DNA of 64,000 bases, from IMG/VR virus record IMGVR_UViG_3300028591_000079, positions 96,001 to 160,000 of that record; one strand, 5' to 3'. Positions 36,879 to 49,100 of this stretch are shown one piece after another (positions within the stretch are counted from its first letter, which is position 1; each line of letters starts with the position of its first letter). This stretch comes from a virus (lineage: Duplodnaviria; Caudoviricetes). A model generated the notes under the pieces. The model saw only the letters and a list, made by a program, of their open reading frames with translations. It was not told the DNA's origin and did not search any database. Made by a program: the position numbers and the translations under genes.

Positions 36879-38627
36879 ATGGCAACAAAAATAAGCGGAA
36901 TAAAAGGTATCAATATTTCGAAATCATCTGTACTCAAGGATGGTAGTAAAAAAGCTGGCGCAAATGATAGTTTTAGAGATACTGCAAATGGAACAACAAG
37001 GGATAACTCTAAAAACAACAACCAGAGTGCCCTTGATGCCGCTATGATAAAAATGCTTCTTGGACAAACCGAGCTTATGGCCAAAAAGACTCAAGAAATA
37101 GAAGCAAATATGCGTAGAGCCGAAAAAAAAGAAGAAGAAAGACAAAAAACAAAAGAAAGGATAGATAGGGAAAAAAACGAAAAAAGAATAGAAAAAACAT
37201 ATGATTCTATTGATGGTGGTCTTGTAAATAGTGCTTTGTCTGGAGTTTTTGGTCCAATTGGTGTTATGCTTGGTAAAGGATTAAATAAAGCAGGGCTTCC
37301 ATTAAATAAAATACCAACAAAAATTATGTCTAAAGTTTTTGGTGGTGGAAGCATAAAATCATCTGGTGGAAGATGGGGAGGAGGATATGAAAATCAAACA
37401 AGTGGCGCTCTAGATGTAAACAGAAGAGAAACAGAAGCAGAACCAATAAATAGATTAAATAATTCTGTTTCATCTCGACTTGATACAATTATAGAATTGC
37501 TTGGAGGGAAAAGAAGAAGTGAAAATGGAGAAGATGAAGATGGCAAAAAAAAGAGTTGGTTAGGAAGATTATTGGACAATTTTCTTCCCAAGGGTTGGCT
37601 TGGCAGGTTGTTGGGTTGGCTTGGACCAAAATTAGCGTATCTAGCTGGAATTGCAGGCTTAGCATATGGTTTTCATAAGTTTTGGAATTGGATAAAGGAT
37701 AAATTTGGCACAGATTGGGCAAATAGTTTAACTGCCACATTGGCACAAGCAATAAAAGGTGCATTAAAAGGTGTTGGAACAAGTTTAGAAAACACAGCCA
37801 AATCTTTGAAGGCACTAAAAAAAGGTTTTGTTGGTTCAAAAGTTTACGGAGGTTTATCAAAGGGATTACAAAAACTAGCAAACAGCGGTAAAATTGGCAA
37901 CTTTGTTTTTGGCGGTGCAGCAAAAAGAGCAAGAGCTGCATCAATTGCAGCACAAAAAACGTTTCAATCTGGTGTGCTTGGAAAAACTGGAACACTCTTA
38001 TCAAAAGCCGGAAAAACTCTGGGTAAGGCTGGTAAGATTGGTGGATATGTTGGCGATTTTGTTATTGCTGCCGAAAATTTATATGATGCTCATAAAAAAT
38101 ATAAAGCAGGAGATAAAAGAGGTGCCGCAGGCTCTGTTGGAAGAGGGGCTGGAACAATTTTAGGCGGCACCATTGGAGCAAAAGGTGGTGCTGCTGCGGG
38201 TGCGGCGCTTGGTACAATGATATTTCCTGGTGTAGGTACGCTTATTGGTGGTGCATTAGGTGGTCTTATTGGAACATTTGCCGGGTCACATGTTGGATCA
38301 AAATTAGGGGCAAAAATCGGAGAAAAAACTTATGATTTAGCAACGGACACAAAACCAGAAGTTCAATCCGAGGGGCAATATACAACAGAAAACACAAATG
38401 GTTATGAGTCGTTACAACTACAAAGCGAATCACTCAATATGCAAAACGAAATATTGAATTCATTAAGGCAAATTGAATATAATCTAAATCCAAATGTTCA
38501 AAAAAGCTTGGATCAATCATATTTAAATAACGCCCAAAGAATGTTTGATAGACCACCAGAATATGATGAATACTATCAAGATTATGTTGGTATAAATCCA
38601 AATATGACATCTTTGTTGAATAAATAA
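36879..38627 (+). CDS. Tape measure protein (gp29-like)
   Basis: Follows the chaperone genes. Helical and Gly/Ala-rich with a GAAAGAALG..FPGVGTLIGG glycine zipper. 582 aa, close to the length of T4 gp29. Confidence 0.7.
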   Translation: MATKISGIKGINISKSSVLKDGSKKAGANDSFRDTANGTTRDNSKNNNQSALDAAMIKMLLGQTELMAKKTQEIEANMRRAEKKEEERQKTKERIDREKNEKRIEKTYDSIDGGLVNSALSGVFGPIGVMLGKGLNKAGLPLNKIPTKIMSKVFGGGSIKSSGGRWGGGYENQTSGALDVNRRETEAEPINRLNNSVSSRLDTIIELLGGKRRSENGEDEDGKKKSWLGRLLDNFLPKGWLGRLLGWLGPKLAYLAGIAGLAYGFHKFWNWIKDKFGTDWANSLTATLAQAIKGALKGVGTSLENTAKSLKALKKGFVGSKVYGGLSKGLQKLANSGKIGNFVFGGAAKRARAASIAAQKTFQSGVLGKTGTLLSKAGKTLGKAGKIGGYVGDFVIAAENLYDAHKKYKAGDKRGAAGSVGRGAGTILGGTIGAKGGAAAGAALGTMIFPGVGTLIGGALGGLIGTFAGSHVGSKLGAKIGEKTYDLATDTKPEVQSEGQYTTENTNGYESLQLQSESLNMQNEILNSLRQIEYNLNPNVQKSLDQSYLNNAQRMFDRPPEYDEYYQDYVGINPNMTSLLNK

Positions 38628-38639
38628 TTGGAGTAAAAA

Positions 38640-39839
38640 ATGGCAAATCCACAAGTATATGCTGGTCCTGGAGTTACAAAAATAGATGATGTAACAAAAC
38701 AAATAAACAGTAGTTCACCAAATGTGCTCTCTGGACCAAATTGGATTCCAACATTGACCGGAAATTTGGATGCTTCAAAAGCACAAGCTGGATTAAAAAG
38801 AAGCAATAGTAGTAAAACATGGTATTGTTTGGATTTATTGGGTAAATACCACAAGGAATCAAAATTAAAACAATTTCATGCCTTAACATTTTATTTTAGA
38901 AACACAAAACAACAAAATGGCGCAATAATAACATCAATGCTTCCAGAAAGTTTTACATATGCAATTGGTGGTGTTTATAATAATCCAATAAAACTTATTG
39001 GCAATGATATTGTCAATGTTATAGCTCAAAATTTTACAAACGGAAATGCATCAACAAGTTTTAATTTGGATACTGCATTGGTTTGGCAATCGCCCAAAAG
39101 AATGGATTTGGTTTTTAAAATTCCAGTGTTTGATGATTCTGCAAGTGGTTCTAATATAAACTATCAAGAAGCAATAGATTTGTTTGGCGAAGCTATATTA
39201 CCAGAAATTGCTAAAAATGGAACATATGAAAGTATTCCTGGCCCAAACATTAGTACAACTATAAGATATAGAGCAAGAAACGGAAAAGCAATTACAATGT
39301 CTGGTTGGGGGCAAAAAATAACAGATGTCACATCAAAAGGTTTTCAAACTGTTTTTAATGGCCAAGAAAGAGAATGGGATAGAATTAGCGTACAAGTTGG
39401 CGGATTGCTACTGTTAGATTGGTGTGTAATAAAGGATTTGAAAGTAACATTTCCAAACACAAAAGCCATGGTGCTGCATGATTTTCGCGGAACACATTCT
39501 GCACAAATTGATGATACTGGTCGTGAAACGTATCAGGTACATCTTCAACCGATACAGGCAGAATTAGAAGTAACTGTTTCAACCGTTATGGGAATAACTC
39601 GTGCAACATTTAAGGATATGTTGTATCAAACAGAGTCCACAAGCAAAGGATACAAAGAAGATGCATCAAATACTACACCAGTTACTTCAACATATAAACA
39701 AACAATTGATACATTAAATAATATTGCATTATCACAACGTGGCGGATATCCACAAATGTCATATGCGCCTGGTTATAATGAGCATGATTTTGATCTTTTT
39801 CGAGACCCATCAAAATTCATGAGTTATCCTGACGCATAA
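38640..39839 (+). CDS. Baseplate tail-tube cap-like protein (gp48-like)
   Basis: LPESF.Y, W..P, and CVIKDLKVTF...P..AELEVTV. Position after the tape measure gene. Confidence 0.5.
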   Translation: MANPQVYAGPGVTKIDDVTKQINSSSPNVLSGPNWIPTLTGNLDASKAQAGLKRSNSSKTWYCLDLLGKYHKESKLKQFHALTFYFRNTKQQNGAIITSMLPESFTYAIGGVYNNPIKLIGNDIVNVIAQNFTNGNASTSFNLDTALVWQSPKRMDLVFKIPVFDDSASGSNINYQEAIDLFGEAILPEIAKNGTYESIPGPNISTTIRYRARNGKAITMSGWGQKITDVTSKGFQTVFNGQEREWDRISVQVGGLLLLDWCVIKDLKVTFPNTKAMVLHDFRGTHSAQIDDTGRETYQVHLQPIQAELEVTVSTVMGITRATFKDMLYQTESTSKGYKEDASNTTPVTSTYKQTIDTLNNIALSQRGGYPQMSYAPGYNEHDFDLFRDPSKFMSYPDA

Positions 39840-39854
39840 AATAGGAAATATAAA

Positions 39855-40262
39855 ATGAACAGTTTGAATTCAAATTTTTGTTATGATTTTTCTTATTGGT
39901 TTTCTGATAGAATAATTGATAACAATGGAAATACAGTGTCTGATATAAACGCTGGAATAACAAAATTAATTCCAGACATGATTGACGAATTGAATGACAC
40001 AAGCAATGAACATACAAGATTTATTATTCCTGATTGTCAAGTTTCGATGCCCGATGTAGCAGCAAAATCTTTTTATAATTATGAAAATTTGTGGTGGTAT
40101 TTGTGTTTATCAAACCTAATAACAAATCCGTTTAATGAATACAATTCAAATTTATTATATTATGCCTTTACCTTGAACATATTGAAATCTCATGACATAA
40201 ACACAAATAATTCAAACAAAAATACAAAATCAAAAATTGGAACAATTATAGAATTAAACTAA
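39855..40262 (+). CDS. Baseplate wedge protein (gp53 / LysM-like)
   Basis: PDVAAKSFY....LWWYLCLSNLITNPF. Confidence 0.7.
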   Translation: MNSLNSNFCYDFSYWFSDRIIDNNGNTVSDINAGITKLIPDMIDELNDTSNEHTRFIIPDCQVSMPDVAAKSFYNYENLWWYLCLSNLITNPFNEYNSNLLYYAFTLNILKSHDINTNNSNKNTKSKIGTIIELN

Positions 40263-40265
40263 GAT

Positions 40266-41408
40266 ATGATAGTAAATAACATATACGACATAAATATATT
40301 AATTTCTGATGTGGATATTTTCGGCACTGGAATTGCCACAAGAGTAAATTGCAAAATAGAAGAATCTATTTCTGACGGTGTTCCTATATGCAAAATAGCT
40401 TTTTTATCATCAAAAGATTTTTTAGATGGTTTTCCAATTATTGATGGTACCAAAGTTACTATAAATATAAAATCACAATTGTTTAATATAGATGAAAAAC
40501 TTTTATTTAGGGTTGCAAATATTACAGCAACCCCTATAAAAAATGATATGATTTTTTCATTAGATTGTATTATTGATTTTTATGAATTATTTAGAGCACC
40601 AATCAAATATTGTATGAACAATAATTCATCAGAAGTTTTTAATTTTATATTGAAAGAAAACAATCTAAATGGAAGCATACACCAAACACAAGATAAACAA
40701 TTGTGGGCACCATCTGAAACCAATCTGGGGCAATGGATGACATATGTGGCATCTCATGCCTGGGCATCTCCACAATCAGGTTTTTATTGGTTTATCAACA
40801 GAACAAAAAACTTATTTTTTTTAGATATAGATAAAATAATACATGAATCAAAAAATGTTGCCAAATTTTATTATGGAGACATAGAAGAAAACGATATAAG
40901 TAATAAAATTATAAGATACAAAAACATTACAACAAAAATAAATTCTGGAGAAGAAAATTTATTTAATAACGGATATAATGGAAATAATTACCATTTTGAT
41001 TTAAATTCTTATACAACCAAAAAAGAAAATGCAAACAAAGTCAGGGCTGTTAGTGAAATAGTAAATATAAATAAAGAATTATCAAAGGGGCTTGGTGAAA
41101 ACATATTACAATTTGATGTTGGAAATCATCACAAAAATTTCTTTTTAGCCGAAGCACAAAATAAAAGAGTTTTATCAACATTTTCAACATATGTAGGGGT
41201 TACGTGTGAATATTTTAGACCAATAAAATTATCACAGGTGTGTACAATGCAGGCCATGTCACCAACACAAGCAAATGGTGAAATAAACACATTGAATATA
41301 AAATATATTGTTTCTAAAATTATTATAAACATTAATAGTTCTACTGTAAATATGGAAGCAGAATTATGTTCACAGGGATATAACGGAAAAAGCACGGAAA
41401 GTTATTAA
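40266..41408 (+). CDS. Baseplate hub protein (gp27/gpD-like)
   Basis: IEESI..G.P, SSEV, F.WF.......F.DI..I, and YIVSKI...EL. Lies just before the spike gene. Confidence 0.6.
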   Translation: MIVNNIYDINILISDVDIFGTGIATRVNCKIEESISDGVPICKIAFLSSKDFLDGFPIIDGTKVTINIKSQLFNIDEKLLFRVANITATPIKNDMIFSLDCIIDFYELFRAPIKYCMNNNSSEVFNFILKENNLNGSIHQTQDKQLWAPSETNLGQWMTYVASHAWASPQSGFYWFINRTKNLFFLDIDKIIHESKNVAKFYYGDIEENDISNKIIRYKNITTKINSGEENLFNNGYNGNNYHFDLNSYTTKKENANKVRAVSEIVNINKELSKGLGENILQFDVGNHHKNFFLAEAQNKRVLSTFSTYVGVTCEYFRPIKLSQVCTMQAMSPTQANGEINTLNIKYIVSKIIININSSTVNMEAELCSQGYNGKSTESY

Positions 41409-41410
41409 AA

Positions 41411-42061
41411 ATGAAAAATAATAGAATAAATAAAAACATATTTACAAATCCATTTAATGTTGCAACCGTTATTGATAATAGTGATCCAACAAATTCTTAT
41501 CGTGTTAGAGTTAGAATAGATGTGATACATGATAATATTCAAGATAAAGATTTGCCTTGGGCTGCTCGTGTTGGGCCTGGTTTTATGGGTTTTGGAAATG
41601 CAGACATAGACCATGCGATACCAGAAGTTGGAACAAAAGTATTGACATTGTTTATAGCAAACGATCCAAATTCTATATTATATCTTGGAACTCTTTATAA
41701 AAACAATTCTGCCACTCCTTCTGGTGGTGATTATTTGGGCTCTTATGGGATCTATACTCAAAATGGTGAATTTATAGGGGTAGATAAAATAAATAAAACA
41801 CTTAAAATGATATATGAAGGAAAAATAGATATATCAAAAATAACACAGGCAACCATAAGTATAAATGGTCCAGTAACAATAAATGCAAATTCTGCCACAA
41901 TCACATGCAAAACCAATATAATAAAAGGTGATGTAAAAATAGAAGGTGAATTGGTTGTCACAAAAGATGTTAGAGCAAGAGATGGACAAGTTGGTTTACT
42001 CACTCACACTCATCCAGGTATATTCCCAGGTCCAAGTTCAACAGCTCCGGGTCAAGGATAA
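41411..42061 (+). CDS. Baseplate central spike (gp5 OB fold, gpV-type)
   Basis: VIDNSDP...RVRVRI..IH...LPWA, IPEVGTKV...F...DP, beta-helix region, and a C-terminal HTH metal-binding tip. Confidence 0.85.
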   Translation: MKNNRINKNIFTNPFNVATVIDNSDPTNSYRVRVRIDVIHDNIQDKDLPWAARVGPGFMGFGNADIDHAIPEVGTKVLTLFIANDPNSILYLGTLYKNNSATPSGGDYLGSYGIYTQNGEFIGVDKINKTLKMIYEGKIDISKITQATISINGPVTINANSATITCKTNIIKGDVKIEGELVVTKDVRARDGQVGLLTHTHPGIFPGPSSTAPGQG

Positions 42062-42066
42062 AAATT

Positions 42067-42573
42067 ATGAGTATGGCTGCAACTTTGGGATTAATAAGTA
42101 AATTAGCTTCTTCTATTGGTGGAGCTTCTTCTTTGTCTGCCATTGCAAGTGCTTTAAAGTCTGGAGCAAAATCTAGTATGTATGCTATGAAAGTTGATGA
42201 AGGAGAAAAAAGTGATTGGTTAGTGTCTGCAATAAATTCTTCTGGTAATCCAACAATAATAGATCCAAATGCAAATGGTCAAAGTCCCATAACATTTTCA
42301 AGCAAATCAGATGCAGAAAGTTTTATAACTACAAATAACTTACATTACGACTACTCTCAAACTGAATCATCTACAATTTCCGTGGCAACTTTGATGGAAT
42401 ATACTCCTGAATCCGATGAAAATGTGGAAAAAATGGCAACAGATCCAGAAACGGGATTGGCTCAACCATGTTTAAATAAAAGAGCAGAATGTATAGCGCA
42501 AGAAAGAATGCCAACACCAGCAGATTATATACAAGCAATTAAACAAAAAATGTCTCAATGGCTACCAATATAA
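42067..42573 (+). CDS. Hypothetical baseplate-region protein
   Basis: Coupled to the spike gene, with an AAGGA SD. Confidence 0.6.
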   Translation: MSMAATLGLISKLASSIGGASSLSAIASALKSGAKSSMYAMKVDEGEKSDWLVSAINSSGNPTIIDPNANGQSPITFSSKSDAESFITTNNLHYDYSQTESSTISVATLMEYTPESDENVEKMATDPETGLAQPCLNKRAECIAQERMPTPADYIQAIKQKMSQWLPI

Positions 42574-42645
42574 ACTAAAAAAACCATAAAATACATTGAT
42601 AATTATAGTTCTATCTATTAGTATAAAACAAAAATTCCCAAAACA

Positions 42646-43011
42646 ATGTATATAGATCTAAACATAAAATTTTCTCCATATAGTAATGAGTATGTTTACG
42701 TAGAAGACGTAAAAGACATTGTACAATCATTGGAAAGATTATTTAATACCAAAATAGGGTCTGTTCCTTTTAATAGATCTTATGGTTCTTCTTTGTGGAA
42801 TTTATTGTTTGAGAATGAAGGATTAGAAACTTACCAAATCGCCATGTTAATGTATCAAGAAATTCAAATGTGGGAACCAAGAGTAAGTTTATCTCCTGCC
42901 GATGTATCCATATCAAAAATGGACGAACACACGTATGAAATCAAGGTGATATTTAAAGTTCCGTCATTAAACAACACAATAGGTCAGATAACTTCAACAA
43001 TAACAGAATAA
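42646..43011 (+). CDS. Baseplate wedge subunit gp25-like
   Basis: Y.DL, I.QSL..LF.T..GS.PF...YGS.L..LLFE, I..WEPRV. Confidence 0.9.
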   Translation: MYIDLNIKFSPYSNEYVYVEDVKDIVQSLERLFNTKIGSVPFNRSYGSSLWNLLFENEGLETYQIAMLMYQEIQMWEPRVSLSPADVSISKMDEHTYEIKVIFKVPSLNNTIGQITSTITE

Positions 43012-43014
43012 GCC

Positions 43015-46000
43015 ATGAAATTAGATTCAATTATTTATGATACAGGTACTTTAGCTACAGCGTTGACAGAAAAACTAACAAACGAATCTCCAACTTTTAA
43101 AGCTATGTACCCATCTGAAACATCAACAGCATTGGTAAATCTTTTAGCCGGTTATGGATCAATGCTTCAATATACAATAGTTTCAGCATTGGCGAATTGT
43201 TATACCGATACAGCTTATTCGCCATCGGCAATATATCAACTAGCTGAAACATTAGGAAACAGACTTCATGGTAATGTCTCATCTCAACTTTATTGTGATA
43301 TAACAAGAACAACATTACAAAGCAAAAATGGTGTAGTGATTCCTTCTTATAGTATTTTTGAGGTTGAAGGTTTGCCATTTTTCAATACGAGTCCTGTGGT
43401 TTTTCCAAAAGGTGTTGATACCATTCATAATGTTTTATTGGTTCAAGGAGAATATACAATAGTTGAATTTTATACGAGTGGAGCTGCCGGAGAAAAATTA
43501 TACTTTTCGAATGATTTTAAGTGTAATATGAATATGGTAAAGGTATTTGTTGAAGATAAAGAATGGGATACATTAGACACATTCCTTCCACTAAATTCTA
43601 TGACACTTATTGATTCAGAACAATCTAACACAGTCGTATTACGCATGTCTTCTGATGGAAGGGCGTATATTAAATTTGGAAACAATTCAAATGGTGCCTT
43701 GCCACAGGCAGGTTCAAAGGTGAGAATTGAATATGTATCAAACGAAGGTGCAAATGGAAACATTGAAAAAACGAATATGAACGTTCAACTTATGAGTCAA
43801 ATTTATTACAATGATAATGCAATAAATACACTTTTGGAAGTTGATATTGTAACAAGTCAACCTGCATATGGTGGATATAATACTCAAAGTTTAGAAGTTT
43901 TAAAAGAATCATCCCCTTATGTTTTTGCATCTGGCGATAGAGCAGTAAGAAGAGAAGATTATAAGGCAATTTTGTTGAATAAGTGTGGTTATATTTCGGC
44001 AAATGCATGGGGAGAATACGAAGAAGCAAAATCTTATGGTGGTTATGATAAAATCATGATGAATATGGTTTATTATACTGGAATAAAAGAAATTCAACAA
44101 TATGATTATAGACCACTCGGCGGATTGAAAATTGAAGACTCAGAAGAAGGAGTTGACACATTAAACCCCGTATATTTTACAAACTCATTAGGTAGCGTAA
44201 AAGGATTTCCGGGTTCTTATGAGGTTGATTTAATAAGCAATTTAGATGATACACAAAAAATAAGATATTCTGACAAAAAAGGTAATGGAATATTGGTTTG
44301 TGATCCAAGTGATAATAATATGTGGGATGCAACAGGGCTGGATGATATTCAAGAAAGATCACAATATTTATACCCATATAATGATTCTTTTGATTTATAT
44401 AAGAATTCACCAGCGACAGAATTTTCTGTTTATTGTTTACAAACAGTAGAAAATTCTAGTGATCATGAATATCAAGGTAACCCAAGAGAATATAATGACA
44501 GAACTTTGTTGTTTGACATAGAAGGAAATGCAAAAAATGAAAATTTCATATCGCATGGAACATATGACTCGGGACAAAGTGGTCAAAATCCATCAATGAA
44601 AATAACATTTGATACGCCATTGCAAATATTTATGCAGTTTCCTGGTGATGGAGTATCTATATCAATGTTTTCTTTTATGACACCAACAAATGCAACAACA
44701 ACTGATTTAGGTAGATTCCCAGGATCAATATCTATTTATGCAACAGATACAGACACAAGTCAAGAAAATAGTTCGTTTTTTAATAATATAAAAAATAATA
44801 GTGCATGGACAAGAATTGCTGAAGTACAAAAATTAAATGTACCAAACATATCTGGGGCATGGAGTGATTGGGTTACAACGAAATTATTCAACCCGACTAA
44901 TGGAGGATGGAGAAAATACCCAAATTACATGATTGAAATTTATGATTTACAAAACCTAGATTTAGTAGATTGGGGAACAGGAGAACAAAACTCAGATCAG
45001 GGGAAATGTTTTATTGGAAAAATAAAATTTTTATTGAATGAAGTTAAATCAAAAAGATATGCATGGGGTGGACAAGAAATAACAATAGAAGATCCTGCAA
45101 CAGGAGAAGAAACAACGGCGTTGTCGAATAAATATTATACAAAATCTGCAACATATGACGAACCATATGACCCGACAAATCAAAATCAAAATCATGATTT
45201 ATATACAATTTACGACGAAAATATGAAGAAAAAAGTTGGATGGCATGTAAATTCATTGGTTTCGGGCGATAATGGTGATTATATAACAATAATTACACCA
45301 ACCGGGGATATAATTGGTAGAGGGGAAACAAATAATTATGATTGCACCCTGAGAAAAATGGTGTCTGGAGAACAAGAACAATTCAATATTACAGATCACG
45401 AAACATCGACGATTGATTATGAAAATAATTCTTTAGCGAATTTGTGTATACCAAAATTATTAGATTCTATGAATTATTATAAATACAACATAATAGTAAG
45501 TGGACTAACTGCAGCAAACAATTATAGATCTGGAGATTTATTAAGTTATTCATTTAATAATGGATATTATGTAAATGTTCGAGTTGCCAATATAAATACA
45601 GAATCATATGAAATTGCAATAAACAACATTCGTGGATCTGTGGCAAATTCAACATCTACGCAAAGTGGAAAAAGAAAATTAGAAGTGTCAGATGTGGATT
45701 TGAATTATATGATTGGCACAACCGGACAAGGTGCAAAAGTCACGGTAACATCTGACGATGCAATAAATGTTTATGGTACTTTTACTGGAAATGCGTATAG
45801 TACAGCTACAGCTCAAGCAATAGATTCTCCAATTTTGGAACAATATAATCATTTTACAACATATACGGAATTTAAACAACCAAGGGTGAAAAACGTAAAG
45901 GTTGATGTAACGGTAGAATATGAGGATAGTAATTCGTATAAAGACACTCGAAGAAAAGTTGAAGAAGCTATTCATGGTGTTTTTGATATTACTCCTTATT

Positions 46001-46179
46001 ATGTTGGCAAGAGTTTGGATGTTTCAGATATTTGGGCCGCAATAAACAATGTTGCTGGTGTTAAAAGATTTATAGTTACATATCCAACCGAAAATATAGA
46101 TTGTGAACCATATGAATTTATAACTCTTCAAAAAAATAATTTAACAATAACAGACAAATTTAGCGAAGATTTCAAATAA
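43015..46179 (+). CDS. Baseplate wedge subunit gp6-like with a large insertion
   Basis: AIYQLAETLG, L.QGE, IKFGN...G..P..G..V...Y....G..GN, GG....S.E.LK..SP.......RAV..EDY, AWGE. Confidence 0.85.
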   Translation: MKLDSIIYDTGTLATALTEKLTNESPTFKAMYPSETSTALVNLLAGYGSMLQYTIVSALANCYTDTAYSPSAIYQLAETLGNRLHGNVSSQLYCDITRTTLQSKNGVVIPSYSIFEVEGLPFFNTSPVVFPKGVDTIHNVLLVQGEYTIVEFYTSGAAGEKLYFSNDFKCNMNMVKVFVEDKEWDTLDTFLPLNSMTLIDSEQSNTVVLRMSSDGRAYIKFGNNSNGALPQAGSKVRIEYVSNEGANGNIEKTNMNVQLMSQIYYNDNAINTLLEVDIVTSQPAYGGYNTQSLEVLKESSPYVFASGDRAVRREDYKAILLNKCGYISANAWGEYEEAKSYGGYDKIMMNMVYYTGIKEIQQYDYRPLGGLKIEDSEEGVDTLNPVYFTNSLGSVKGFPGSYEVDLISNLDDTQKIRYSDKKGNGILVCDPSDNNMWDATGLDDIQERSQYLYPYNDSFDLYKNSPATEFSVYCLQTVENSSDHEYQGNPREYNDRTLLFDIEGNAKNENFISHGTYDSGQSGQNPSMKITFDTPLQIFMQFPGDGVSISMFSFMTPTNATTTDLGRFPGSISIYATDTDTSQENSSFFNNIKNNSAWTRIAEVQKLNVPNISGAWSDWVTTKLFNPTNGGWRKYPNYMIEIYDLQNLDLVDWGTGEQNSDQGKCFIGKIKFLLNEVKSKRYAWGGQEITIEDPATGEETTALSNKYYTKSATYDEPYDPTNQNQNHDLYTIYDENMKKKVGWHVNSLVSGDNGDYITIITPTGDIIGRGETNNYDCTLRKMVSGEQEQFNITDHETSTIDYENNSLANLCIPKLLDSMNYYKYNIIVSGLTAANNYRSGDLLSYSFNNGYYVNVRVANINTESYEIAINNIRGSVANSTSTQSGKRKLEVSDVDLNYMIGTTGQGAKVTVTSDDAINVYGTFTGNAYSTATAQAIDSPILEQYNHFTTYTEFKQPRVKNVKVDVTVEYEDSNSYKDTRRKVEEAIHGVFDITPYYVGKSLDVSDIWAAINNVAGVKRFIVTYPTENIDCEPYEFITLQKNNLTITDKFSEDFK

Positions 46180-49100
46180 TGACAGACATAAATAAAATAT
46201 TTTTAGATACAACTCTCACAGTAGAAAGTGGATATAGTAATTCACTGTGTTTTGTTGATGGTGTGGCTATAGATAAATCAAGATACACATTAGAAAATAA
46301 TGAATTGAACATATATAGAGAAGCATCTAATTATGTTAGTTTATTTTATGATTTAAATATTAGTAGATGTTATTATTTTGAAAGAAACCTAAATGATTAT
46401 GGAACAATAATTAGCGGACCAGATAAAAAAGGAAACACTATACAAAATCTAAAGAACAAAAATATTATGATTTTTGTTGATGGTATACTGTTAGGAAAAA
46501 ATGAATATAGTGTGTTAGATTCAGAAAACGTAGCACTACTAATAATAAAAAATGACAATAATTTTCATGATGTTATTATCTATGTATCAAATACAGAACT
46601 TACATACGGAATTTTATCAGATCCACTAAATCAATTGGGACCAAACAGTACAATAAGTGATTTTTATGTTGTATTAAATCATGATGTAACTTGGAGACTG
46701 TCCGATGTTGATAATTCCATTTGGGTAGATAACAATGGATTAAAATGGACTTTAGAAGATATAGACAAAAATAGAATAAGATTTGGTCGTGGAGATAACA
46801 ATCATAATTTAAGAACAGAAACAACAATACCAAATTATTTCACTTGTATTACAATAGGTGAATTGTCAATAGCATCTTCTGAAATAATAAAAAAAACTTG
46901 GGGACCCGATCAAACAGAAGAATCAAATAATCCTGAAAATAAAATAGGATATAGTCGTTATAATACATTGATTTTTAAGAACGGAAGACTTGTACCAACA
47001 TCATTAATAAAAACAAACGCAGACGGATATAGTTTTGTAGAATTTGACCCACTACCATCTGATAAATTTGAATATTATAAATTAAATAGTCAAACGTTGT
47101 CTTATAATTTTGAAGCCACCCCTGGTATAACAACTTATGGACCCAGGGACGATTATCGTGTAAAACTTCCATTGTTATATGATTCAACTGTTCTTTTGGG
47201 TGATCTTGCAAGAGTTGTTGTTGATGATCTTAGACCTGGATTTATTATATGTGAAAAAGATCGTGCCGGAAGATTAATGGTTGTGGATGAAACAGATGAA
47301 AGTTCAAGAATAAAAGTTTTAACAATTCATGAGTTTTCTAAATCAGAATATGCACCAGATGAATATTATTTAGAGGTTCCAGAAGCAAAAAATATCGTAG
47401 ATTATCTTTCTGATTATGATAAAAAATTCATTATGCTTCCAGAAATTTTACGCATCTTCCAAAGAGTGTTGTTAGATGAAGTTCATGATGAAGTAGAAAG
47501 AATAAAAAACATAAGAAACTCATCAAAAGTGGATTCTGCGCATATTCATAAATTATTAAGTCTTCTTGGTATGAAATTAGACATAAAGCATTTGAATATA
47601 AAACAATTGCAAGAAGCCATTGATGAACTTACTAATTTTTATAGATTGGCTGGGACAAAACAGTCATTAAACTATTTCAATATTGTACAAGACAATACGA
47701 AACTTATAAATATCAAACAATTGTTCACATATCACAAACAAAGAGAAAAAGAAGATAGTAAAAAAACTTATTCATATAAATATAATTTTTTAAATGATCA
47801 ATCACACGGAGAAGGTTATCGCGAAGGAGAAAAGTATAAACTTATAGACAATCATAGTGGATATCCTGTTGATACAGGAAGCATTGTCACTATAAATTCT
47901 GTTGGCGAATTCGATGGAAAACAAAATGCTATATTGTCGTTTTCTGCAGATAAATTTGAAGGAAGTCAAAGTTTTCAATATTTACCACTAACTTTGGAAA
48001 CAATGTCAACAGGAGCAACAGTTGATATCAAATCTATTCCGTATATGTATCAATATGATATAACAATTCCAGAAGAAAGTAGCTCTACTGGTTTTAATGA
48101 GGGAGACATATTAACATCACCGTTATTTGATGGAAGGATTTGGGTTGAAGAGGTTGACCCAATAGATGGACGTATTACACGTTTTGATTTTGAACCAAAA
48201 AGCGGAACAAAATCATATGAAAATATTCAAAATTCACCACTACAAATACAAACATCTGGTGCTGTTTTGAAACTTATTATAACAGCAACAACACAAGAAC
48301 AAACCATAACTTATGATACTGTAAATGGTAATTTTGACAGTAGAAGAAATGGTGGAAATAAAATCGGAGTCTTTGATGTAAAAATAAACGAAACCGCAGA
48401 GTATGAAATTATAATGTCCGGGGGTGGCGGGTCTGGTGGCGCTGCTGATACAGAAATTGGTTCAACAAACGATTCTCCGGCAGAAAAAGGATATAGTGGT
48501 GAAGAAATAACAAAAAGAATTGTTTGTGTTGCTGGAAGTATAATATCATGCAATATTGGGCAAGGTGGAAGGTCAAGTTACGCAAAAGGTGGCGGCGGAT
48601 GTTATTGTGGTTCTGGCGGTGTTGGTGAAAATAATGGTGGTATGGGATATAATAAATCGGAGCGAATAAAAGGAAACACATCACATGGGACTGGATTCGG
48701 AAGTCATTATTCTATTGAATTTTACACACTAAACGGCAAAACAACTAGCGGTTATAGATGGTCAAAAGCAGCATCTGGATCTGGTGGCGGTAGTTCTTCT
48801 TTCGTATATAATAATAAAAAATATATAGCAAAAGGTGGCGATGGTGGAAGTGCAACTTGGGCCGGGAAAAATGGCGCAAATACTGTATTACAAGGCGGCA
48901 TTGGCGGCGGCGGCGGCACAAAATCAGGATCCGGGGCATACGGTGGTTCCAGAAACCCTGACAATAGCAGCTTTACATCTGAAGCAGGTAAAGACGGTTA
49001 CATTATAATTAGAAAAATAACACAAAATTATTCATCAAAAGCAACACTGGAAAATAATTACAACATTAAAGCGCCAAGCGGTACAGTATTTAAATCAACA

